From an uncultured bacterium (GTDB lineage: Bacteria; Krumholzibacteriota; Krumholzibacteriia; WVZY01), in assembly GCA_964654695.1 (NCBI GenBank), contig CAZZKJ010000004.1, positions 30,043 through 94,042 of the forward strand: a stretch of DNA of 64,000 bases, read 5' to 3'. The notes under the pieces were generated by a model. It saw nothing but the letters and a program-made list of their open reading frames with translations. It did not search any database and had not been told where the DNA came from. Both the position numbers and the translations under genes were made by a program. Position 1 is the first letter of the stretch. Each line of letters starts with the position of its first letter. Shown piece after piece: positions 48,073 to 55,928 of the stretch.

Positions 48073-50523
48073 TCAGCTGTCTTCCGCTTCGTAGAACTCC
48101 TTTATTTGTTCGGCGTTATTACGAAGTTTTTCATCAACCATAAAATGAACCGAGTTTTTTTCAAACTTTCCATCGGGCAGGCGCATTCCGGCGGGCCGGC
48201 CGGTTAGCAGTTCAATGCCTTCATCAATCGTATTTACTGCGAAAACATGAAACTTGCCCTTTTCAATAAATTCTATCACATCTTTTCTCAACATAAGATC
48301 CTTGATATTCCGTGAAGGGATCATTACTCCTTGAGAGCCCGTTAATCCGGAAGCATTGCAAACGTCAAAGAAACCTTCGATTTTTTCGTTAACGCCTCCG
48401 ATCGGCTGTATCTCTCCTTTTTGATTAACGGAACCCGTAACAGCCAGATCCTGGCGCAGCGGAATCTCGGCCAGGCTCGATAGAAGCGCATAGATTTCAG
48501 TGGAAGAGGCGCTGTCGCCGTCGATACCGCTGTAAGATTGCTCGAAACAGATACTAGCGCTCATGGTAAGGGGTTTATCCTGAGCATACTGTCTCCTCAG
48601 AAAACCTTCGAGGATCAGAACTCCTTTGTTGTGTGTCTTGCCGCTTAAATCGGCTTCCCTTTCGATATTGATTACGCCCGCCCGGCCCAGCGCCGTCTCC
48701 GTAGTGATCCGGCTCGGCCTGCCAAAAGAATAATCACCCAAATCATATACCGATAATCCATTGATCTGACCGATAGTCTTGTTTTTGACATCGAGTAGAA
48801 TCGCTCCGTCTTCGATCATTTCCTGAACTTTTTCCTCGAAAAGATTAACACGGTGTATTCTCTCTGCAACCGCGCGCGCAACATGTTTCTCATCGACGAT
48901 TTTACATTCTTCTTTCTTTGCCCAATAGCTGGATTCCCTGATGATATCCGCTATATCGCTGAACCTGGTTGATAGCTTGTTATTCTGTCCGGCCAGGCGT
49001 ATCCCTTCTTCGATAATTGCCGCCACAGCCGTATTATAAAACGGCAGAAGATTGTCTTCTTCAGTCAAGTTCCGGACAAACTGAGAGTATTTATCCAGGT
49101 TTTCCTGCGTATTTGGCATTACATCATCGAAATCCGCTTTGACTTTGAAAATCTTTCTGAAATCTTCATCATACGAATATAGCATTTGATAAGAATACGC
49201 ATCTCCAATAAGAGCGATTTTTATATCGATTTCAATTGGTTCAGGTTTTATGGCGGAGTACTGTGTGAGAAAAAAGGCGTCGAATCCTTGAATTGAAACT
49301 TTTTGATTCTTGAGCGCCCGTTTGAGAGCCGGCCAGACTGCCGGTTCCTCTAAAACATCATTGAGGTTCAAAACCAGAAAGCCGCCGTTGGCGCGAATCA
49401 ATGAGCCCGCCCGTATTCTGGTAAAATCGGATATATGGTCGCCCTTTGCATCCGAACGCCTCTCGATGGTGCCGAACAGGTTGCCGTAACTCGGCGCCGT
49501 TTCTATGATGACGGGGACGCCCTTTGAACGCGAATTATCAACCAGGACATTAACCTCGAACTCCACTGATTCCTGCTTTGGCGAATCCCGATCCCCATCT
49601 TTATCGAGCGTCTCCTTGAACATATCCAGGTTTTCTATTATATGCTCTTCCAGGCTTTTCAAAAGGATTCGTACTTTTTTGTAATCGAATTTTTCAGTCG
49701 CATCTTTTACGCACATCTTGACAATCGGACTCACAGTATTTTTCTCCAGATCAGATATTTTATCGGCGACTTCCCTGTCAAGCTGTCGGCTTTCTCTGAG
49801 AAATTCCTCCATCTTTGCAGCCAGGTCCTCATGATCCAATTGGATTTGAGTCAATTTCTCCGCCGACAGCTTGCCTTCCTCAACCATTGCCGGAAGCTTC
49901 TCCATTGCTACTGCCTGGCCTTCGATCAAAGGCATTATCTCGGGCCTTGTAAAAGGTCCGTACTGAACCTCGAATAGCGAGAATCCCTTTTCGGCGATGG
50001 TTTTTTCGAATCGTGTCGCGATGACGTTTCTCTTTTCTTTGAAATCCTCCAATACCCGTTTCTGTTTCTCCTTGAACTTTTCATCTTCTAAAACTTGGGG
50101 AATATGCCTCATTAATGTGGAAAACATGTCGGCCATTTCTCTTTTGAATTTTACACCTTTGCCGGACGGCAGCATAATGCAGATGGGCATGTCGGGAGCA
50201 TTGAAATTATGAACATAGCAAATATCACTTAATTCTTTTTCTTCCATCTCCATGCTTTGCAAAAGACGCTTTATAGTAGTCGATTTCCCCGTGCCCGTGA
50301 GCCCGGATACAAAGATGTTATAGCCCCGTGTTTTCATTTCGAGGCCCAGTTTAATTGCATTTATCGCCCGCTCCTGACCGATAATATCTCCGCAGCAGGG
50401 CAGTTCGGCGGTGGTTTCAAAATTCAATTTATTTGGATCGCATTTCCATCTCAATTGCTCTACGGCGATTTCATTTGGGGATTTTTTCATTGGATAGGAT
50501 CTCCTTCTGCGGATAATTACCAT
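48073..50523 (-). CDS. Lon-related ATP-dependent protease (AAA+ module with large insertion plus C-terminal S16 Lon protease domain; TIGR00764/LonC-like)
   Basis: Walker A GLTGTGKST; C-terminal DGDSASST (catalytic Ser block) and the downstream Lys region. Confidence 0.7.
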   Translation of the reverse strand: MVIIRRRRSYPMKKSPNEIAVEQLRWKCDPNKLNFETTAELPCCGDIIGQERAINAIKLGLEMKTRGYNIFVSGLTGTGKSTTIKRLLQSMEMEEKELSDICYVHNFNAPDMPICIMLPSGKGVKFKREMADMFSTLMRHIPQVLEDEKFKEKQKRVLEDFKEKRNVIATRFEKTIAEKGFSLFEVQYGPFTRPEIMPLIEGQAVAMEKLPAMVEEGKLSAEKLTQIQLDHEDLAAKMEEFLRESRQLDREVADKISDLEKNTVSPIVKMCVKDATEKFDYKKVRILLKSLEEHIIENLDMFKETLDKDGDRDSPKQESVEFEVNVLVDNSRSKGVPVIIETAPSYGNLFGTIERRSDAKGDHISDFTRIRAGSLIRANGGFLVLNLNDVLEEPAVWPALKRALKNQKVSIQGFDAFFLTQYSAIKPEPIEIDIKIALIGDAYSYQMLYSYDEDFRKIFKVKADFDDVMPNTQENLDKYSQFVRNLTEEDNLLPFYNTAVAAIIEEGIRLAGQNNKLSTRFSDIADIIRESSYWAKKEECKIVDEKHVARAVAERIHRVNLFEEKVQEMIEDGAILLDVKNKTIGQINGLSVYDLGDYSFGRPSRITTETALGRAGVINIEREADLSGKTHNKGVLILEGFLRRQYAQDKPLTMSASICFEQSYSGIDGDSASSTEIYALLSSLAEIPLRQDLAVTGSVNQKGEIQPIGGVNEKIEGFFDVCNASGLTGSQGVMIPSRNIKDLMLRKDVIEFIEKGKFHVFAVNTIDEGIELLTGRPAGMRLPDGKFEKNSVHFMVDEKLRNNAEQIKEFYEAEDS

Positions 50524-50722
50524 ATAAACTCAATAAAAAAACTTCTAATAATCTAAAATCATTTAGGCTTTCCGGCGCGCCGCGGGGTGCTTGCCGCAGT
50601 TCCAGCGTGGGGAACTTGCATCTTGCCACCAGAACGGCTGTAAAACCGGACCCGCGGAATCCATTTCGAATATAATACAATAATACATAGATAGTTACAA
50701 AGCCAGGCATTATTACGGCTTT

Positions 50723-50737
50723 TGGCACGTTATTTTC
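50723..50737 (+). promoter_or_regulatory. Weak sigma-54-like element (TGGCACG-N4-TTTC) about 70 nt upstream of the orphan pilin gene
   Basis: The -24 TGGCAC is perfect, but the -12 reads TTTC rather than TTGC. A sigma-54 activator is encoded in the window, and pilin genes are frequently sigma-54 dependent. Confidence 0.2.
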
Positions 50738-50808
50738 TTTTTCGTTGGGGAAAAACTACCCTGCACCTTAAAACTTTCTCTGCGGGAAATAAGCGAGGCA
50801 TACATATT

Positions 50809-51225
50809 TTGTCAAAATATAGATGCAGATCCGGATTTACGCTGGTCGAATTAGCAATAGTCCTGACCATAATAGGGCTTCTTGCAGGAATCACGATACC
50901 CAATTACATGAACTTTGCCGAAAGAGCGAAGGAATCAGCCGTCAAAGAAAACATGCATCTCTTTCAAATAGCGATGGAAGATTATGCTATTACATTCGCA
51001 GGCACTTATCCGGGCCCCGGAGAAGAAGCGGCGCTTTTGAATCTGATGCCCAATGCTTCGGCACCGCTAAATCCTTTTACCAAAAATCCGACAAATCTCG
51101 TATGGAACGGCGATCCCGGAACCCAGGGACAAATCAGCATCACCAACCTGGCAGGAGGAGGCTACTTGATAAAAGGATACGGTGCTAACGGTATTTTGAC
51201 ATCCGCCATACAGCTTGGAGATTGA
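50809..51225 (+). CDS. Orphan type IV pilin / pseudopilin. Start reassigned to the TTG at 50809 (the ATG at 50722 would give a 37-aa leader).
   Basis: Leader MSKYRCRSG|FTLVELAIVLTIIGLLAGI class III signal; 139 aa. Confidence 0.55.
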   Translation: MSKYRCRSGFTLVELAIVLTIIGLLAGITIPNYMNFAERAKESAVKENMHLFQIAMEDYAITFAGTYPGPGEEAALLNLMPNASAPLNPFTKNPTNLVWNGDPGTQGQISITNLAGGGYLIKGYGANGILTSAIQLGD

Positions 51226-51294
51226 TTTTGCTCTTACCGCCTCTGCTTTGCCGATGTTGAAACACATTCCGAATCTTGCTTCGTTCAACTAATT

Positions 51295-52065
51295 TTATCT
51301 CCGCACGGAATCTTCTTCACGGGCCGACAGGTACCCCTGGCGCCGGAGGGGAAGTTCGAGCATGCATTTCCGCAGTAGTTCCTCCTTGCCCAGGATTTCA
51401 TGTGCAGGCCCGTCCGCGTGAATTCGGCCTTCAAAAATCAGTATGCACCGCATCGCCGTTTCCGCGGCCAGATCCATATCGTGTGTTGCAAAGATCATGC
51501 TTCTGCGATCTTTCTTCATGAACTCAATGAATGCCTTCCTTTGGAAGGGATCCAGTCCTCCGCCGGGCTCATCCATTATTAAGATCTCCGGTTTCGCGGC
51601 GAGGATGCCGGCAAGGGCGACTCGTTTCTTTTCTCCGTTGCTGAGCTGGAACGGAGATTTGCCGGACAAATGCAAAATATCGAATTCCTTCAATATTTCA
51701 ACAGTCCTGGTTTCGACCTCAATTTTATCGAGGCCGAGGCATTTCGGCCCGAAAGCCACATCATCGAATACCGTTTTGCAAAACAACTGGTCATCGGAGC
51801 TTTGGAATAAGAACCCCATGCAGCGGCGAAGCTCGGCGAGGTTGTTCTTTCCAACGGGCGTCCCTTCATAAAAAACCGTGCCGCGTGATTGAATCAATCC
51901 TGCAATCGCCAGAAGAAGCGTGGTTTTCCCCGCCCCATTCGGGCCGATCACCGCAATTTTTTCTCCGCGCTTTAAACCGAAAGAAACTCCGTCCACGACG
52001 ATTTTTTTCGAATTGTAAGTATGTGTAATTCTTTCCAGGTATAGGAGGAAGTTCTTTGTTTTCAT
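51295..52065 (-). CDS. cbiO: ECF transporter ATPase (CbiO/EcfA)
   Basis: Walker A GPNGAGKTT, ABC signature LSNGEKKRV, Walker B ILIMDEP. Confidence 0.8.
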   Translation of the reverse strand: MKTKNFLLYLERITHTYNSKKIVVDGVSFGLKRGEKIAVIGPNGAGKTTLLLAIAGLIQSRGTVFYEGTPVGKNNLAELRRCMGFLFQSSDDQLFCKTVFDDVAFGPKCLGLDKIEVETRTVEILKEFDILHLSGKSPFQLSNGEKKRVALAGILAAKPEILIMDEPGGGLDPFQRKAFIEFMKKDRRSMIFATHDMDLAAETAMRCILIFEGRIHADGPAHEILGKEELLRKCMLELPLRRQGYLSAREEDSVRR

Positions 52066-52068
52066 GAC

Positions 52069-52824
52069 TCATAATTCCGTTCGGACCGCCCATATGCGCG
52101 CGGCCGCAATAAAAAGCATTAACGCCGAAACCAGCGTGAAGTTGACCGCCGTATTCCCTTCGGAACGGCCCGCGGATTCCGAGTACCCCCTGGCGCGCAT
52201 GGCAATGTATATCCTTTCCGCCGCCGCAACCGCTCGCAGAAACAGCGCGCCCACGCTTCCGGCCGGCAGTTTGATTCTATCCAAATATGACGAGTTCAAC
52301 TGTCTTGCCCTTCGCGCGGCAAGAAACCTTGAAACATCACTGCGGAAAATGTGCAGGAAATTGAGCATGATGCTCATGCAAATAACGGCGGGTTTGGTAA
52401 CACCGATCTTTTCGAGCACTTCAATGAATTCGCGAAGAAGAATCCCGTGCATAACTGCGGCGCCCACAATAACAGCAATAATAGTCCTCGAAACGATCAG
52501 CAGCACGATGGGAATGCTGTCCTCGTAATAATATATCGCAAACGGTGCCGACATCAGAACTTTCCTTTCCCCCGCTCCTCTAATGAATACCTGCAGAGAG
52601 ACAAGAACAAGCATAGGCATAATGAACATGCTTATGCCGGCGAGACGCTTTAATCCGATCCCGTAATAAATCACCAGGCCGGCAGCAAGAGGGCCGAAAA
52701 TGATAAGCGACTCCCACTGTTCCAGGGACACTGTGGCGATTCCAGGGACAGCAATAACGAAAATCGCCAATCTGTTGAATGCGTTTGATGACGGCATTTC
52801 GGATTTAGCGGGGTCGCATCTCAT
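52069..52824 (-). CDS. cbiQ: ECF transporter transmembrane T component (CbiQ/EcfT)
   Basis: 251 aa, 5-6 TM, position between cbiN-like and cbiO. Confidence 0.7.
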   Translation of the reverse strand: MRCDPAKSEMPSSNAFNRLAIFVIAVPGIATVSLEQWESLIIFGPLAAGLVIYYGIGLKRLAGISMFIMPMLVLVSLQVFIRGAGERKVLMSAPFAIYYYEDSIPIVLLIVSRTIIAVIVGAAVMHGILLREFIEVLEKIGVTKPAVICMSIMLNFLHIFRSDVSRFLAARRARQLNSSYLDRIKLPAGSVGALFLRAVAAAERIYIAMRARGYSESAGRSEGNTAVNFTLVSALMLFIAAARIWAVRTEL

Positions 52825-52827
52825 GAT

Positions 52828-53145
52828 TCAATCTTCCGGTAAAGAAGAAATGGCCTTATCCCGGGACCGGCGCCGGTTCAATATTCTCCACACCACGCAG
52901 GGCATAAACATTGACGCAATGCCCGCAAATCCCAGAAGAGTTTTTGATTGCGAAGAATACTTCGATCCGCCGAATCCTCCCGGACTGCCCGGCTCCGCTC
53001 GGCGAAGACCGAACCGCTCCAAGACGGTTTGGAGGCCGTCGGGCAAAGTAGAAGATACCGGCACGAGAAAAATTATAATTATGACGGCTGCAGCCAGCGC
53101 AACCGCCGGCACCAAAAGTTTTCTCTTCCTTGGACGCAATTTCAT
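52828..53145 (-). CDS. CbiN-like small membrane protein with PDGLE-type motif
   Basis: Two TM helices flanking PDGLQTVLERFG. Confidence 0.5.
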   Translation of the reverse strand: MKLRPRKRKLLVPAVALAAAVIIIIFLVPVSSTLPDGLQTVLERFGLRRAEPGSPGGFGGSKYSSQSKTLLGFAGIASMFMPCVVWRILNRRRSRDKAISSLPED

Positions 53146-53792
53146 ACAACCGGCCTTTTTCCCCTCAATACCGAAATGAGGTCCCTATCTGCTTCATAGA
53201 GAAAAACCACTATGAGACCAGTCAAAAGCCCTTCCCCAAGTCCAATTACCAAATGAACGCCGCACATCGCGGGCACTACCACGGATAACGGAACCGCTCC
53301 GGATAAAGCCAACTCGAGCGACACTGATAAAGCGCACATTATTACTGAAATCCAAGAAGATATTATCACGGCCGCGTGAAAAGCTTTAGCGCCCGTATAT
53401 ATTTTCATAAGAATTCTGAAGCTCAGCCAGGCCGACAAAGTCCCTATGAACGCCATGTTGACGATGTTTATGCCCAGTGCCGTTATCCCCCCGTCCTGCA
53501 GAATGAAGCATTGAACGATCAGCACCATGGACATAGCCGCTATTCCAAGCATCGGGCCCAGGATAAGAGCGCACAACGCGGCCCCCAGCAGGTGCCCGCT
53601 TACTCCGCCCGGCACCGGGAAATTGACCATTTGCGCCGCAAAAACGAAGGCGGCTGTAACACCCATAATTGGAGCAGTTTTGTTGTTGAAGATTCTCGCC
53701 AATCTTCTGAGGATTACAAACAGAGACACCGACGCTGCGGACCAGCCCGCCGCGCTCACCTTTACGCTCAAAAGTCCATCTGGAATATGCAT
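53142..53792 (-). CDS. cbiM: ECF transporter substrate-specific component CbiM (Co2+/Ni2+)
   Basis: N-terminal MHIPDG hallmark; 216 aa polytopic. Confidence 0.8.
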   Translation of the reverse strand: MHIPDGLLSVKVSAAGWSAASVSLFVILRRLARIFNNKTAPIMGVTAAFVFAAQMVNFPVPGGVSGHLLGAALCALILGPMLGIAAMSMVLIVQCFILQDGGITALGINIVNMAFIGTLSAWLSFRILMKIYTGAKAFHAAVIISSWISVIMCALSVSLELALSGAVPLSVVVPAMCGVHLVIGLGEGLLTGLIVVFLYEADRDLISVLRGKRPVV

Positions 53793-54178
53793 AACGCAGG
53801 AGTCCCGCTAAAGAGTTCAAAACAACAGCAGCAGTATCGGGACATCCTTATGGAAGTCCGCGGTCATAAACATAACTCAAACTCCGATACTCCCGGCTTT
53901 ATCGGATGATGATTCGCGGGCAAGAGCAGTTTTGATCAGATCCCTTATCGCTTCGGAACGGCTGCCGCAACCTTTTTATAACATTCTTCTTCCGATTTCG
54001 GCGGAGGAGAGTGTAACACAGATAATATTTTCGTGCTAGTTGATTTCCGGTGTTTCAGGGCAAAATTGAGATGGCAGGTCCGGATACGATCTGGTATTGT
54101 TATTGATCTCGAACGTATGCTTCAGCTATGATGCCGTCATCGAGTCCGAACCCGCAAACCGAACGCGATTGGGAAGAA

Positions 54179-54727
54179 ATGGCCTGGATTGAAGTTATAA
54201 AAGAAGACGACGCTCGGGGTTATCTTAAAACCCTGTATAAGAAATTCGGCAATCCTTTCGAGGGCGTTGACAACATCCTCAAGATACATAGTCTCAATCC
54301 TGAATCCCTTAAATACCATTATGATCTCTACAAACATCTTTCTTCGGGCCGGTCCGGTCTCAGCAGGATGCAAAGGGAAATGATAGCCGTCGTTGTGTCC
54401 GGCGCAAACAACTGCCATTACTGAGTGACCCACCACGCGAAGAGTCTCTTCCGATTAACCAAGAATAAGAACCTCGTCGAATCAATCCAGAGCGACTTCA
54501 GAAACGCTGATATCGGACAGAAAGATACGGTCATGCTGGAATACGCGGAAAAACTCGCCGTCTCTCCATGGAAAGCAGAGAAAAGTGACTGTGATCAATT
54601 GAGAAATGCCGGGTTCAAGGATGCGGATATTCTCGACATCGTTCAAGTGGCGGCCTATTTTTCATTCGTGAACCGCATTGCCAGCGGTCTCGGGGTTGAA
54701 TTAGAAAAGTATTGGGAAGAAAAGTGA
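54179..54727 (+). CDS. AhpD / carboxymuconolactone-decarboxylase family 'peroxidase-related' protein (TIGR01926-like) with in-frame TGA (54422..54424) at the second position of the C-x-x-C motif. Selenoprotein (C-x-x-U).
   Basis: The ORF track splits the gene at the TGA: ...VVSGANNCHY-[TGA]-VTHHAKSLF... = CxxU...H, where the AhpD family has CxxC...H. Start reassigned to the ATG at 54179 (MAWIEVIKEDDARGYL...), as homologues of this family begin MxWI. AhpD-like proteins are a known bacterial selenoprotein family. Confidence 0.7.
54436..54453 (+). promoter_or_regulatory. Candidate bacterial SECIS stem-loop immediately downstream of the UGA of the AhpD-like gene
   Basis: With U of UGA = 1: stem C16-G17/(C bulged at 17-18)/GAAGA : UCUUC closing a GUC loop with G23-U24. 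This reproduces the E. coli fdhF SECIS geometry (bulge at ~17, conserved G23 U24). Confidence 0.5.
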
Positions 54728-54791
54728 TTAGGCGCGAATCGTTCTTTTCGATCGCTTCCGGCATTTAGATCTGGAATTTATCCGATAAAGT

Positions 54792-55883
54792 TCAAGGCAG
54801 GAATCTTTCCGGATGCTTTATCTTTTCCGGAAGGTAATTATCGATAACGTAATTCAATCCGTGCTTGGCCAGCGCCTGTTGTTCCGCCCTTACTCCCATC
54901 TTGATCATTCGCTCCAGGGCTCTTTGCCACGGATTATGATGAAGCACAAAAGGATCATTCTTAAGAGCATCCTTCGCTCTTTTTATATCAACTTCCTTGA
55001 GGGGATGTGTGGGGAGTTCGTATTTAATAATATCATTTGGAGTTATACCCAGGAACTTTGCCTGCGGCACGCAAAAATATTCGTTTAAATGAGCTGAATT
55101 ACCGCTGCCCACTTTAAGCGTGCGGTAGATGTTGCTCATCCCGTACGGATCACCGTCGACAAAAACATAAACCGGCAGCTTTTTCTTGTCGGACAGCCTC
55201 CTTATAAAACGCCTGCATGCGCGAGTCGGCACACCTCCCATGGATACCAGGATGCAGTCGGCTTTTTTCCAATAGCTGTGCTTCACCAGGCGTTGGAACA
55301 TTCCCGCCGTTTCTATAGCGAGAATAAAAGTCGCTTTCGTTTCAAAATCAAGCTCCTCAACGGATATGGGAATCGAGTATGCTCCGCTTCCGAATTTCGT
55401 GCAGTCGATTTTCAAAGATTTCCCAGTATCACGATCCTTATCGATTACTACAAGTTTTCCTGCGACCTCTCCACCTTTTTCTTCGGGAATAAACCCCAGC
55501 TGCTCGCGGTTCAATCCGAAGAATGCCTCTATGTCATCCATGACTGTATCCGATTCGGTCTGCTCATTGAACCTCGCCGCATCCCAGTTTTTCGATACGT
55601 AATAGGCTTCCCTTTTAGTGGCTATATCATTGGTTTCAGCTAATTCTTTCGACAGGGCCATCATGCGCAGCGACTGCGCGTAGGTTTTTACTGTATTAAC
55701 GGTGAGGGTTCGCTCCTTTTTCTTGCCGCGCATCTCGAAAAAACCTCTCCGCGGGTGATAGCGGACGTTCGAAAGCGACCGGAGCGGGAGTTTCATGGAA
55801 GGTTTATTTCCTTTCAGGATAGAATCCTTGACCCTCTTCGCTTCACTCTTGATAAGCTTGGCAACTTTCTCGGTGGACGACAA
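54792..55883 (-). CDS. top6A: DNA topoisomerase VI subunit A (Spo11/Top6A; winged-helix plus Toprim)
   Basis: TKREAYYVS (catalytic Tyr region), Toprim acidic residues (LAIETAG ... VFVDGDPYG). Confidence 0.8.
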   Translation of the reverse strand: MSSTEKVAKLIKSEAKRVKDSILKGNKPSMKLPLRSLSNVRYHPRRGFFEMRGKKKERTLTVNTVKTYAQSLRMMALSKELAETNDIATKREAYYVSKNWDAARFNEQTESDTVMDDIEAFFGLNREQLGFIPEEKGGEVAGKLVVIDKDRDTGKSLKIDCTKFGSGAYSIPISVEELDFETKATFILAIETAGMFQRLVKHSYWKKADCILVSMGGVPTRACRRFIRRLSDKKKLPVYVFVDGDPYGMSNIYRTLKVGSGNSAHLNEYFCVPQAKFLGITPNDIIKYELPTHPLKEVDIKRAKDALKNDPFVLHHNPWQRALERMIKMGVRAEQQALAKHGLNYVIDNYLPEKIKHPERFLP

Positions 55884-55928
55884 CGACTGCTCCTTTGCAT
55901 TATGAACTGTTTGCCGGATTGCGCGGAA

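Noticed and set aside
48073-50523. Lon-like protease as BrxL of a BREX defence system
   Set aside because: No BrxA/BrxB/BrxC/PglX/PglZ-like genes nearby; neighbours are queG and a pilin gene. The architecture fits the housekeeping 'Lon-related' (TIGR00764/LonC) family better.
53793-54178. Cobalamin riboswitch upstream of cbiM
   Set aside because: Could not find the B12-box or the conserved cobalamin-riboswitch core by eye. Kept only as a 'long structured leader' finding pending an Rfam scan.
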